Source: Eledone cirrhosa (taxonomy: Eukaryota). From it: a stretch of DNA of 64,000 nt. Where the stretch lies: assembly GCA_964016885.1 (NCBI GenBank), contig OZ024741.1:173910001-173974000 (forward strand). Direction: 5' to 3'. This document shows, one piece after another, positions 49,150 to 63,600 of this stretch (within the stretch, counting starts at the first letter, position 1; the number at the start of each line of letters is the position of its first letter). The position numbers and the translations under genes are program-made. Under the pieces are notes generated by a model that was not told the DNA's origin, did no database searches, and saw only the letters and a program-made list of their open reading frames with translations.

Positions 49150-51269
49150 TTAAAGTTAAGGGTTTTCTTGAGCTTAGAGGCTCATCAGTTTAGAGCATAT
49201 CTTAATTTCATGTGGTATTAAAAGGCTGAGAGCACAAAACTTTTCCTAGGGCAGTAAGCTAGCCTTCTGCAAGGTTAACTCCCAGCTACTGTTATTAGTA
49301 CTAATTACTTTTCAACTGAGTGGATTGGAGCAATGTGAAATGAAATATGTTGCTCAAGGATACAACATGCCACCTCGTCAGGAATTGAACATATAATCTT
49401 ACAATCCCAACAATCCAACCACTAGACCATGTGCTGTTGCAACCATTTGAGCTAGGTGTCCAGTGTGAAGACACCCCCCTCTCTCACTTCCAGCAGTCAT
49501 AGAGGCTCAGAAAAGAATCATGAACATTACCTTTCCTTCCTTGACTAAAAGGTTGAGGCCATTTCACTGTTATAGGGTTATTTCAAACTAAGTTTGTCCC
49601 ATGTCCTTTCAGTGAAGTTAAGTGACTGAGAGAATAAGGCTCCCCAATGAGTATACTGAAGCAACATAAAATAAAGTGTTTTACCCAAGAACACAACTTG
49701 TCATCTGGTTCAAGAATTGAACCCACAGTCTTATAGTTATAAGTCAAACACACTAACCACTAGGCCAGACTACATCATTCAATATTTCCTTTTGTTATTT
49801 ATAAAGTTATTATGACATGATTTGAGGGAGATTTAGCTGCTACATTTACTAGGTGGAGGGATTGTGTAGAGGGCATCCTCCAGTTTGAAAATACCCTTAT
49901 CTTTGCCACCCACTAATCTTGGAGGCCTTGAAAAGGTTTATGGCACTGCTCTTCCCTGCCTGACTAAAATAGTAAAAGAGAAAAAAAAACAAAAAGACAC
50001 CAACATAACTGTTACCATATATCTAATGAAAAATACTATCTTTGATTTTTAATTAGATGTGTGTGTGTATGTGTCCCTGTTTATGTACCATTTCAACTAA
50101 AAGCCTTGAAGAAATTAAATATTGGGTCAATATTATTGACAAAAAATTTCAAACTGTTGCCCCAGCCTGGTTGCAGTCTAATGACTGAAGCCAGTAAATG
50201 AATGAATAAAAAAATAATTAAAAAAAATAACTCTGCCTTTATTGTCCAAACTGAATATCACACCAATTTTACTTGTCCTCTCAGTCTATGTAAATTGATA
50301 AAAAATAATATAATTGTGTGTATGTGGTGTAGAATAGGTATACAATTTAACTGATTTATAATAGGTTCCAGCAACAAGTCTTCCTGTTATCTAATTAATG
50401 GAACAGCCTGCTCATGAAGTTAACATGCAAGTGGCTAAGCAGTACACAAATATACATACCCTTCATGTAGTTCTAAGGGAGATTCAGTTGGACACTGTTT
50501 GTGATAAGGCTGGTCCTTTGAATCTCAGGCACAACACATTTTTGCCAGCTAACATGAAATAAAGTGTCTTGCTGAAGGACATGACATGCCACTGAGAATC
50601 AAACGCATGGCTTTAGGATTGTGAGCCAAACACCCTAACCATTAAGCCATGTGCTTTCACCTGTGTGTTGTAAGTGGCAACTAAAGGGGTTGGTGCTGTA
50701 AGGGTATCTGGCTATAAAATATTACCTCATAAAGAACTTCATGATGAGTATGAAATGTGTCATGCAGCCTACAAGGCTAAGTAATTTGTACTTCAGCAGG
50801 GAAAATGGCTTTACAATGCTTATTGTGTGATGTAATTGAAGTAAGAAGTGAAAAACACAGAAAAGAGGAAGAAGAAAGTATGAGAAATGATGTAGTTTTA
50901 AGAGAGGAGAAAATAATGGCATGTATTTAATGTAGATGACACTGTGATCAATTGAAAGCCATTGGACAATTATTTTCTTCTTTCTCACAATATAACACTG
51001 TGTGAGAAAGTTGGATTATGTTATTATTGCTGTTGTTTTGTTATTATTGTTGTTGCTAAGGGTGGTGGATTGGCAGTATCGGTAGAGCATCAGACACCAT
51101 GCTTTGCAGCATAGAGTTATGGTCCTTAACGTTCTGGGTTCAAATCCCGTCGAAGTTAACTTTGCCTTTCATCCTTACAGAGTCAGTGAAATAAAGCACC
51201 AGTAATGTACTGGGGTAATTGCTGGCCTTGTGCCAAAAGTAGAAACAGTACTTATTGTTGTTGTTATGT

Positions 51270-51813
51270 TAGAAAGCAATCTTCCTCTGCCTGGTAGCTA
51301 TGGCAAAAGAAGATGTATGGTGGATTCACCCGAAAGGATTGAGGACAGAAAGCTTCCTCTCTGGCCAAGCATTCAACAACTTCTTCAAGGTCCACTTGAA
51401 GAGGAAGGAAAGGGAGGTGCTGCCTTCTAGAGTATTTTATGAAAGATGGGTGAGAGTGACAGGACTGACGAGGATGAAGGGGACTACACTGACTATGCTT
51501 TTCTATGTAGCTGGCAAGAAACTGGGAAAGAACGCTTTTAATACCTGTGAGGAGACAGTAATCTGGGGTTTTGTGTGGGGTTCTCTCTCCCTGAAATTAT
51601 CTTAAAATGGAGCCTACATGACAGTTATCCCTGTGTTCTATTGTTATCATTAATAACTTTAAAATTTCTATTATTGTTATACCTACTGTTTTCACTATGA
51701 TGATCTCCCTCGTCCTTTACTCAATGTTAACCCCACTCTGTGTTGTTTTGTCAATGTATTGACCCCGATGTCTTGTCCCTTGTGGCCAAGGAAAGGAACA
51801 GTTGTTGTTGTTT
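51270..51813 (+). mobile_element. 3' end of a diverged Tx1/L1 subfamily with a 15-bp TSD-like repeat
   Basis: AMAKEDVWW...FLSGQ...EREVL...FYERWV matches the C-terminus at 35270-35486. ttgttgttgttatgt occurs at 51255 and 51814. Confidence 0.8.
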
Positions 51814-51854
51814 TTGTTGTTGTTATGTGTCAATGTAGAAAATCAGATTCTGAG

Positions 51855-52275
51855 AAATGGTAGTTATTGTGGTGATGGTGGTGGTGCTAGTGCAGGGATG
51901 TGTAGTTGTTGTAGTCGCGGTGGTGGTTGTGATGGTTGTAGTAGCAATGGTGGTGATTAGTTGTAGCAACAACAGTAATAATGGTAGTAATAATAGTAGC
52001 AGTTGCAGCAGCAGCATTAGTAATAGTAGTAATAGTAGTAGTATTAGTAGTAGTAGTAGTAGTAGTAATGTTTTTAGTAGTGTTGATAGTGGTGGCAATG
52101 GTAGTAGATGTGGGGTGGTAGTAATAGTGTAGGTGATGGTAGCAGTAATAGTGTTGGTGATGGTAGCAGTAATAGTGTTGGTGATGGTAGCAGTAATAGT
52201 GTTGGTGATGGTAGTAGTAATAGTGTTGGTGATGGTAGTAGTAATAGTGTTGGTGATGGTAGTAGTAGTGGTGAT
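51855..52275. repeat. Trinucleotide low-complexity tract and 24-bp minisatellite
   Basis: (GTG)n and (TAG)n mixtures, and gatggtag(c/t)agtaatagtgttggt about 5 times at 52135-52270. Confidence 0.85.
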
Positions 52276-52439
52276 GGGGAAACTACATATGAAAAAAAAA
52301 AGGCGAACTTTGAGAAGACAACAGGATTGATGTAGAATGGCTGTCAATTGTCAGAGATAGAGTGACAGGATGTTATGAAAAGGAAGAAAGAAGGAAAGAA
52401 AAGTTGATTTTCCAGATTAGACCAAAGAAACAATGTTTT

Positions 52440-55400
52440 TGTTGGTCTTGTCCATTGCTGATAGTATTTATTGGTCTTGTCCATTGCCAATACTATCTTG
52501 TCTATTTGGTACTATCTGTTGGTCTTGTCTATTACTGGTACAATCTATTGGTCTTGTCTATTACTGGTACTATCTGTTGGTCTTGTCTATTACTGGTACT
52601 ATCTGTTAGTCTTGTCTATTACTGGTACTATCTGTTGGTCTTGTCTATTTGGTACTATCTGTTGGTCTTGTCTATTACTGGTACTATCTATTGGTCTTGT
52701 CTATTACTGGTACTATCTGTTGGTCTTGTCTATTACTGGTACTATCTGTTGGTCTTGTCTATTACTGATACTATCTGTTGGTCTTGTCTATTACTGGTAC
52801 TATCTGTTGGTCTTGTCTAATACTGGTACTATCTGTTGGTCTTGTCTATTACTGGTACTATCTGTTGGTCTTGTCTATTACTGGTACTATCTGTTGGTCT
52901 TGTCTATTACTGGTACTATCTATTGGTCTTGTCTATTACTGGTACTATCTATTGATCTTGTCTATTACTGGTACTATCTGTTGGTCTTGTCTATTACTGG
53001 TACTATCTATTGATCTTGTCTATTACTGGTACTATCTGTTGGTCTTGTCTATTACTGGTACTATCTATTGATCTTGTCTATTACTGGTACTATCTGTTGG
53101 TCTTGTCTATTACTGGTACTATCTGTTGGTCTTGTCTAATACTGGTACTATCTGTTGGTCTTGTCTATTACTGGTACTATCTATTGGTCTTGTCTATTAC
53201 TGGTACTATCTATTGATCTTGTCTATTACTGGTAGTATCTGTTGGTCTTGTCTATTACTGGTACTATCTATTGATCTTGTCTATTACTGGTACTATCTGT
53301 TGGTCTTGTGTATTACTGGTACTATCTGTTGGTCTTGTCTATTACTGGTACTATCTGTTGGTCTTGTCTATTACTGGTACTATCTATTGGTCTTGTCTAT
53401 TACTGGTACTATCTATTGATCTTGTCTATTACTGGTACTATCTGTTGGTCTTGTCTATTACTGGTACTATCTATTGATCTTGTCTATTACTGGTACTATC
53501 TGTTGGTCTTGTCTATTACTGGTACTATCTATTGATCTTGTCTATTACTGGTACTATATGTTGGTCTTGTCTATTGCTGGTACTATCTATTGGTCTTGTC
53601 TATTACTGGTACTATCTATTGGTCTTGTCTATTACTGGTACTATCTGATTGTCTTGTCTATTACTGGTACTATCTGTTGGTCTTGTCTATTACTGGTACT
53701 ATCTGTTGGTCTTGTCTATTACTGGTACTATCTATTGATCTTGTCTATTACTGGTACTATCTGTTGGTCTTGTGTATTACTGGTACTATCTGTTGGTCTT
53801 GTCTATTACTGGTACTATCTGTTGATCTTGTCTATTACTGGTACTATCTATTGATCTTGTCTATTACTGTTACTATATGTTGGTCTTGTCTATTGCTGGT
53901 ACTATCTATTGGTCTTGTCTATTACTGGTACTATCTATTGGTCTTGTCTATTACTGGTACTATCTGATTGTCTTGTCTATTACTGGTACTATCTGTTAGT
54001 CTTGTCTATTACTGGTACTATCTGTTGGTCTTGTCTATTACTGGTACTCTCTGTTGGTCTTGTCTATTACTTGTACTATCTATTGGTCTTGTCTATTACT
54101 GGTACTATCTGTTGGTCTTGTCTATTACTGGTACTATCTGTTGGTCTTGTCTATTACTGGTACTATCTATTGATCTTGTCTATTACTGGTACTATCTGTT
54201 GGTCTTGTCTATTACTGGTACTATCTATTGATCTTGTCTATTACTGGTACTATCTATTGGTCTTGTCTATTACTGGTACTATCTGTTGGTCTTGTCTATT
54301 ACTGGTACTATCTGTTAGTCTTGTCTATTACTGGTACTATCTGTTGGTCTTGTCTATTACTGATACTATCTGTTGGTCTTGTCTATTACTTGTACTATCT
54401 ATTGATCTTCTCTATTACTGGTACTATCTGTTGGTCTTGTCTATTACTTGTACTATCTATTGATCTTGTCTATTACTGGTACTATCTATTGGTCTTGTCT
54501 ATTACTGGTACTATCTATTGGTCTTGTCTATTACTGGTACTATATGTTGGTCTTGTCTATTACTGGTACTATCTGTTGGTCTTGTCTATTACTGGTACTA
54601 TCTGTTGGTCTTGTCTATTACTGGTACTATCTGTTGGTCTTGTCTATTACTGGTACTATCTATTGGTCTTGTCTATTACTGGTACTATCTATTGATCTTG
54701 TCTATTACTGGTACTATCTGTTGGTCTTGTCTATTACTGGTACTATCTATTGATCTTGTCTATTACTGGTACTATCTATTGGTCTTGTCTATTACTGGTA
54801 CTATCTGTTGGTCTTGTCTATTACTGGTACTATCTGTTAGTCTTGTCTATTACTGGTACTATCTGTTGGTCTTGTCTATTACTGATACTATCTGTTGGTC
54901 TTGTCTATTACTTGTACTATCTATTGATCTTCTCTATTACTGGTACTATCTGTTGGTCTTGTCTATTACTTGTACTATCTATTGATCTTGTCTATTACTG
55001 GTACTATCTATTGGTCTTGTCTATTACTGGTACTATCTATTGGTCTTGTCTATTACTGGTACTATATGTTGGTCTTGTCTATTACTGGTACTATCTGTTG
55101 GTCTTGTCTATTACTGGTACTATCTGTTGGTCTTGTCTATTACTGGTACTATCTGTTGGTCTTGTCTATTACTGGTACTATCTATTGGTCTTGTCTATTA
55201 CTGGTTCTATCTGTTGGTCTTGTCTATTACTGGTACTATCTATTGGTCTTGTCTATTACTGATACTATCTGTTGGTCTTGTCTATTACTGGTACTATCTG
55301 TTGGTCTTGTCTATTACTGGTACTATATATTGGTCTTGTTTATTACTGGTACTATCTATTGATCTTGTCTATTACTGGTACTATCTGTTGGTCTTGTCTA

Positions 55401-56728
55401 TTACTGGTACTATCTGTTGGTCTTGTCTATTACTGGTACTATCTGTTGATCTTGTCTATTACTGATACTATCTGTTGGTCTTGTCTATTACTGGTACTAT
55501 CTGTTGGTCTTGTCTAATACTGGTACTATCTGTTGGTCTTGTCTATTACTGGTACTATCTGTTGGTCTTGTCTATTACTGGTACTATCTGTTAGTCTTGT
55601 CTATTTCTGGTACTATCTATTGGTCTTGTCTATTACTGGTACTATCTATTGATCTTGTCTATTACTGGTACTATCTGTTGGTCTTGTCTATTACTGGTAC
55701 TATCTATTGATCTTGTCTATTACTGGTACTATCTGTTGGTCTTGTCTATTACTGGTACTATCTGATAGTCTTCTCTATTACTGGTACTATCTGTTGTTCT
55801 TGTCTATTACTGGTACTATCTGTTGGTCTTGTCTATTACTGGTACTATCTGTTGGTCTTGTGTATTACTGGTACTATCTGTTGGTCTTCTCTATTACTGG
55901 TACTATCTGTTGGTCTTGTCTATTACTGGTACTATCTATTGATCTTGTCTATTACTGGTACTATCTGTTGGTCTTGTCTATTACTGGTACTATCTGTTAG
56001 TCTTGTCTATTACTGGTACTATCTATTGGTCTTGTCTATTACTGGTACTATCTGATAGTCTTCTCTACTACTGGTACTATCTGTTGGTCTTGTCTATTAC
56101 TGGTACTATCTGTTGGTCTTGTCTATTACTGGTACTATCTGTTGGTCTTGTGTATTACTGGTACTATCTGTTGGTCTTGTCTATTACTGGTACTATCTAT
56201 TGATCTTGTCTATTACTGGTACTCTCTGTTGGTCTTGTCTATTACTTGTACTATCTATTGGTCTTGTCTATTACTGGTACTATCTAATTGATCTTGTCTA
56301 TTACTGGTACTATCTGTTGGTCTTGTCTATTACTGGTACTATCTGTTGGTCTTGTCTATTACTTGTACTATCTATTGGTCTTGTCTATTACTGGTACTAT
56401 CTGTTGGTCTTGTCTATTACTGGTACTATCTATTGGTCTTGTCTATTACTGGTACTATCTGTTGGTCTTGTCTATTATTGGTACTATCTATTGATCTTGT
56501 CTATTACTGGTACTATCTGTTGGTCTTGTCTATTACTGGTACTATCTGTTGGTCTTGTCTATTACTGGTACTATCTGTTGATCTTGTCTATTACTGGTAC
56601 TATCTGTTGGTCTTGTCTATTACTGGTACTATCTATTGATCTTGTCTATTACTGGTACTATCTGTTGGTCTTGTCTATTACTGATACTATCTGTTGGTCT
56701 TGTCTATTACTGGTACTATCTGTTGGTA
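52440..56728. repeat. 29-bp tandem satellite (~148 units)
   Basis: Unit ttggtcttgtctattactggtactatct(g/a). Confidence 0.97.
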
Positions 56729-57659
56729 TTATGGAAGGTGGGATTTGAACTGAGATTACACTTCGCAGTTGCTCCTATTTTTATGCTTTAACAATTCTAT
56801 GAATTCACTTCCTTGGACTGGTATTTAATTTATCTTTGATAGGATAAAAGGTAAAGGGTGGGATTTTGAACTCGGATTACACAGAGCCAGAACAGATACA
56901 GCAAAGCAGCCTCTCATATACTTTAACAATTCCCCCAAGCTATTCTTCCTTGACTGGTATTTTATTTCTCGGTTCTGAAAGGATGAAAGGCAAAATTGAC
57001 CATAACAGGTTTTGAACTCAGAGTATAATAGATGTTGTTGTTGTAATTATTGTTGTTTATCCCCAGGTCAACTCTGATCAATCAGACTCCCGACTAAAAC
57101 ACATCTAGTGTGACCATCTTGCCTTTTTAAAGTAGGCATGATGATGGATCCTCCACCAGTTTCAACAATGATTATTCTAATGTCAGATTAACTGAATGCC
57201 CGACACATGAATTACCACAAATATGTCAACATCTTTCTTGAAAAGATAAACCAAGGAAAACTTAGGCAGATGTGCTGAAAGGTGATTTTAAAAAATGACT
57301 GTACCTCTACTAAAGAGATGACAATGAAAAGCAGCAAGCGTAGAAAAAGAATGATGATGTTGAAAAGTAAAATTGACCTTAGGGAACTTTGAGCACAACC
57401 AGACAGAATAAGTATTATCATAAATTCTTCTTTCTGATGCTCTACTGACTCTGCTAATTCAAGGTATGATGTTATGAAATAACAAAAACAATGAGATTTC
57501 TCTGAATGTTCTGATTGTTGTAAGGGGTTTAGAAGAAGAGAATATTTTCACCAATTGTTTAATAATTGGCAACTTTCAATAATTTAAAAATATATATATA
57601 AATACATATATATATGCTTATGTCTATGTATATGTATGCATATATATATATATATATTC

Positions 57660-57702
<43 letters not shown>

Positions 57703-57711
57703 ATATATATA

Positions 57712-60571
57712 TCATCATCATCATCATCATCATCGTTTAACATCCATCTTCCACGCTAGCATGGGTCTGGACGGGATTTGTCCCACTTGAGGCAAGATTG
57801 GTTGTCTTGCTCAGGACTGTCTGGCGGGTTTTCTATGGCTGGATGCCCTTCCTAACACCAAACATGTTTACAGTGTGGACTGGGAAGTTTTTACCGTGTT
57901 ACCTACACGGCCACATTACAGCGTGGACTGTGTGTTTTTTTTGTCGTGACACTTACACGACCTCATTTATTTCGGACTGGATGTTGTGGTTCCAACATAG
58001 CTTTACATCGAAAGGGGTGGTGTAGATGGCGGTGGGGGTAGGGGTAGTGGGACGGGGGTGTATTTTGGTTAAGAGGTGCCTACTGACTGTAGGTTTCGCT
58101 TTGTACTTAGGCAAGGCGGGTCTTCTGTATTAATATGTAGCGCCAAAGATCTCGGTCCAGTGATATTGTCTTAAAGAGGTGTAAGTGTGTGAGGTCGGAT
58201 ATTATCAAGTCGTCTCAGGTTTTTCTGGGTCTGCCTACTCCGTAGCTACCGTCTATTTTGATTGCCCTGCACTTTTTTATACAGCTGTCATCTTTCATGC
58301 GCTTCACGTGACCATACCAACGTAGTCTTCTCTCGAGTAAACAGCATCTGATCCCTCTTATTCCTAATTTCTCACTTAGTTCGTTTATGCTTTGCTGTTC
58401 GCGTATATTACTATTACACATCCAACAGAGCATGCAAGCTTCATTCCTCTTCAGTCTGCGTAGATCCTCTGCACACAAGGCCCATGTCTCACTGCCATGT
58501 AACATCGCTGTTCGTATACAGGCATCATACAGCCTGCCTTTTATTTTTAGAGAGAAACCTTTAGCGGCCAATAGTGGTATAAGCTCTCTGAACTTTTTCC
58601 ATCCCATTTGGACTCTAGCTACAGTACTTTCGGAGCACCCTCCACCACTGCTGACTTTGTCACCCAGGTAACGGAAGCTGTCCACTATTTCTATAGAACC
58701 ATCTGGGCAATGGAATGAGCTAGTATTCTGTGGGCATTTGCTGCTACTTATTGCACCAGAGCACCGGCCACATATAAAATCTATATTCTTAGTTAGCTTA
58801 CCTGTGACCCACTACATCTTTTGTGCACCCATACTTTGCATTTGGGGCATAAAATGGAGTTTCTGCCTACTCCTTTCCTACACACTGAGCATGGCCATTT
58901 CCAAGATGGGACCAGTGCACTAATCTCCTTCCTATATTTTAGGGCTTTACTCTTAGACAAGTTAACTTTAAGGCCTTTTAATTCTAGGCCATGCTTCCAT
59001 GTTTGGAATTTCTTCTCTAGTTCAGCCATTGATTCGGCTATGAGCATTAGATCATCTGCGTATAGGAGTTCCCATGGGCAGCCGGTCTTGAACTCCTCCA
59101 TTATAGCTTGGAGGGGGCTAAGGACAGAGCCCTGATGAACACCAACTTTTACGCTAAACTCTTCACTATATTCATTGTTAATTCTAACCTTGCTGACTGT
59201 TTCTTTATACATGGCTTGTATAGCTCTCACAAGCCATTTATCTACACCTAGTTTTCTAAGAGCCCACCAGATAATGGAGCGGGGTACTCTGTCAAAGGCT
59301 TTCTCCAGGTCTACAAAAGCTAAGTAGAGGGTTTACTTTTAGCTAGGTACTTCTCCTGTAGTTGTCGTACAATGAAAAGAGCATCTGTGGTACTTTTACG
59401 TGACACAAACCCGAACTGCATTTCATCTAGATCAATTCGCTCTCTGATTAGTTGCGCTATTACTTTTTCTGTGACCTTCATGACCTGGTCAATTAATTTA
59501 ATGCCTCTATAGTTTCCCCTAACTAGGGCATCTCCTTTACCCTTGTAGCAGTTAATGATGATGCTGCTACGCCAGTCCTTTGGTACGACCCCATTCTGTA
59601 TAACTTGGTTTACTATCCGGATGACCATAGTGTGTCCCACCGTTCCAGATGCTTTCAGCATTTCAGCAACTATTTCCGAAGGCCCAGCCACCTTACCCGT
59701 CTTCATATCTTTGATTGCCTTACTTATTATACTACCTTTGACTAACACTGCTGGTCCCTCTATTGGGTCGATGTGGGGGAGACTGTCTTTCTCCCATTTA
59801 TTCTCCTCATTTAGTAGCCATTTGTAGTGACACTTCCAAGCTACCTTCTTATCAGCGTCAGTCATGGCGGGTACACCATTCATCATTACGGACACACTTC
59901 TCCCCGACAATATCACGGTTCTCCTTGACACATTGTCTAGCAATCCTGAACACTTCACGTTTTTGGTCCTCGCGTTGTAGAACATGCTTGAACTTTCTTT
60001 CCTCTGCTTCCATTCTTGTGAAGTACACTTGTCTCCTAGCTTCCCTCCTGGCCACTTGATAGTGTTCTCTACCTCCCCCATCCCACCATACTTTCCAAGC
60101 CTGCTTTTTGGCCTTGATCGACTCCTCCACCTTACTGTTCCACCACCAAGTTACTCTCCTCCTGCCTATAGGTCTGCTCCAGCCACAGATTTCATCTGTT
60201 GCCTTCAGCTGGTTAGCTTTCAGGAATTCCCACTGTTCCTCTATATTGTACGACTCTAATTGCTCTTCCTTACTGTCAAAAGCATCAAGTAATATGCTTT
60301 TAAATTTATTACTGGTTGTGGGGTCCTTTAACTTCCATACTTTTCTCCTAAGGATAGTCCTCCTCTGCTGTCGAATACGTCTCGTCCTGACTATGATGTC
60401 GCTAACTATGAGGCTATGTTGGGAGGTGCATTCTTCATGGGGGAGGGATTTAGTGTTTACAACAGACACTCTGTCTCGTCTTCTGGTAAGGATATAATCT
60501 ATCTGACTGGCGTGTTCCCCTGATCTATAGGTGATCAAGTGATTGTCTCGTTTTTTGAAGTTTCTGTTACA

Positions 60572-60572
<1 letters not shown>
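57712..60572 (-). mobile_element. RTE LINE family A, 5'-truncated and frameshifted; inverted relative to 5261-8430
   Basis: Translations are nearly the same as the + copy (NFKKRDNHLITYRSGEH..., MCRKGVGRNSILCPKC...). Same 3' module and tail. The 5' end abuts (TA)n. Confidence 0.95.
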
Positions 60573-60610
<38 letters not shown>

Positions 60611-60646
60611 CCTCATATATATATGTATGTATGTATATGTATGCAT

Positions 60647-60678
<32 letters not shown>

Positions 60679-63600
60679 TTTATGTCCACTTTTCCCTGCT
60701 TGCAAGGGTCTTATACAGCACAGCATCTCACCACTTGTCACGGTCTTTCGTCATCTCCACCGTGAGCTTCAGTGATCTGAGGTCTGTTCTCACCACCTCC
60801 GCCCATGTTCTTCGTGGTCTACCTCTATCACGTCTTCCTTCAACTGGCATTTCCTGGCACTTCTTCACTCATCAGTCATCCTCCATGCGCATCACATGTC
60901 CATACCACCGCAGTCTCCTCTCTCGCACACTACATTCTATCCCTCTCAGACACAGTTTCTCTCTCAACACATCCATGCTGGGTCGTTCACGCACACTGAC
61001 ATTGCACATCCAATGGAGCATGCTTGCCCCATTTCTCTCCAGCCGTCGCATATCCTCTATAGTTGCTGCCCATGTCTCACTACCATGCAGCATCGCACTC
61101 CTCACACAGGCATCATATAACCGGCCTTTCGTATGCAGGGAGAAACCCTTCTTCGTCAGCAGAGGAAGCAGCTCCCTAAACTTCTTCCAACCCGTCAATA
61201 TTCTAGATACTATGGCCTTGGAACACCTGCTCCCCCCTCCCATGCTAATCTGATCTCCTAGGTACCGGAAGCTATTCACCACTTCTATAGCACCCACCTG
61301 CATTTGAAAAATGTGTCTATCAATGCAACTTCTACTGTCTAATTTCCCTGTACATCTACTGCATACGTATTTCTCCCTACCTGTTAGTTTGCCTGCTATC
61401 CCACTACATCTCTTGTGTACCCAGGATCTGCATTGTGTGCATTTTATAGAATGTATGCCAGTTCCTTTTCTGCATATCGAACATAGCCATTTCCCTGATG
61501 GAATCAGAGTTTTGTCCTCTTTTCTACTCATCAACACTTTTGTCTTAGCTAGGTTCACTCTCAGTCCTCTTGATTCCAACTGCTGTTTCCATAGCCAGAA
61601 TTTATTCTCTAGCTCCTCTACTGATTCTGCTATAAGAACCAGATCATCAGCATAGAGAAGTTCCCATGGACAGCCAGTCTTAAACTCCTCTGATATGGCT
61701 TGGAGGACTATAATGAACAAGAGCGGGCTGAGGACTGAACCTTGATGTACACCTAATTGAATCTGGAATTCCTCACTAAACTCCATTCCTACCCTGACTT
61801 TACTGACAGCACCTCTGTACAATGTTTGCACTGTCCTCACAAGCCATTCCTCTACACCTAGTCCGCTTAGGGACCACCAGATGACAGATCGGAGTACCCT
61901 ATCAAAGCCTTCTCTAGGTCAACAATGGCTAGGTATAGTGGCTTATTTTTCTCTAAGAACCTCTCTTGTAATTGTCTCACCAAGAAGAGGGCATCTGTTG
62001 TACTTTTCCCAGGCACAAAACCAAACGGCATCTCATCTAGTTTGACCCTTTTTCTAATTAGTTGTGCTAATATCCTCTCTGCCACTTTCATAACCTGATC
62101 CATCAGTTTTATACCCCTATAATTGCTCCTCTCCAGAGCATCCCCTTTACCTTTGTAGCAATTTATGAGAATACTGCTGCACCAGTCTTTGGGTATGACA
62201 CCACCATATATAGCCTGATTGATGATGCGTGCACCCAGTTTAGTGCCTATGTCCCCTGATGCCTTCAGCATCTCAGCAACTATCCCCGATGGTCCAGCAG
62301 CCTTACCATTTTTCATTTCCTTAATCGCCTCTTGGACCCTATATTCGTCAATCTCAATAGCTGGTCCTTCTGTCGGATCTACTGAGGGTAATTTCTCTCT
62401 CTCCCATTCGTTCTCCACATTCATCAGTCTCTCATAATGACATTTCCAGGCCTCCTTTTTCTGATCATTCGTGACACTAAGTACACCGGCATCATTCCAG
62501 ATACATTTATCTCCAACAACATACTGATTTGCATTGACACACTGCCTTGCAATGTGGAACACTGCACGCCTCTGATCTTCGCATCGCAGAACATTGGCAA
62601 ACCTCCTACTCTCAGATCCCTGCATGCTAAGTACACCTGACGTCTAGCTTCTCTTTTTGTGGATGTATATCCTTCTCTACTCCCACCCTTTTTCCAAGCC
62701 TTCCATGCTAGTCTTTTGTCTCTAATGGCCCTATCTACTGTGCTGTTCCACCACCAGGTCACTCTCTGTCTGGTTGGAGCTCTGCTCCAGCCACAAGTTT
62801 CATCAGTAGCCTGCAGTAAGTTGTCACGTAAGAAATTCCAGTTATTATCTATGTCATACGACTCTAAATCATTTTCTTTTTTGTCATACACATCTTGAAG
62901 GGCTTTCCTAAATTTGTATTTTAGTGAAAGGTCTTTTAGCTTCCAGACCTTTCTTCTCCACACCTTCCTGTATGTCTCATTCCATCTCTTGCTTACTGAG
63001 ATATCACTAACGACTAACTTATGCTGTGGGGTACATTCTTCCCCAGGGTATGCCTTGGTATTTGACACCATCTGCCTGTCCCGCTGCCTAACTAGTAAGA
63101 AGTCAATCTGGCTTATGTGCTCGCCTGATTTGTAGGTTATTAGGTGGCTGGCAGGTTTCTGGAAGTTAGTGTTGCAAATGGTTAGTGTACTTGCATCACA
63201 AAATTCAAGAAGTCTCACTCCTTCTTCATTTCTTGAGACGTAACCGTGCCCACCATGTACCCCAGTGTAACCATCCTGGAGCTGTCCAACATGACCATTA
63301 AAGTCCCCTGCTAGCATAATGATGTCTCCATCCTCTGTCATTGCGGCTGTTTGTAAAAGTTGCTCGTAAAAGCAGTCTTTCTCTTCTTTACCTAGGCCTG
63401 CCTGGGGAGCATAGGCAGAGGTGATTGTCAGTAGTCTTCTGCCTACAACTAATCTAAGCTTAATTATTCGATTATTAACTCGAACTACCTCTATTGTCTT
63501 ATTGATCCATCTCTCAGCCAGGAAAATGCCTAGTCTCCCTAACCCATCATCCTTACCTACCCAGAAAAGCTTATAATTAAGATGTTTGCCTGTGATTAGT

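Noticed and set aside
52362-56748. Dozens of hydrophobic ORFs (LVLSITGTICWSCLL...) and a CRISPR-like period
   Set aside because: These are translations of a 29-bp satellite that cycles through frames, with no spacers or splice support.
57300-57400. Possible further SPEF2 exon (SSKRRKRMMML)
   Set aside because: No convincing acceptor or similarity, and it runs into an antisense SINE remnant.
60543-61253. Long + strand ORFs opposite RTE elements
   Set aside because: They are antisense shadows of the LINE coding strand, extended by microsatellites.
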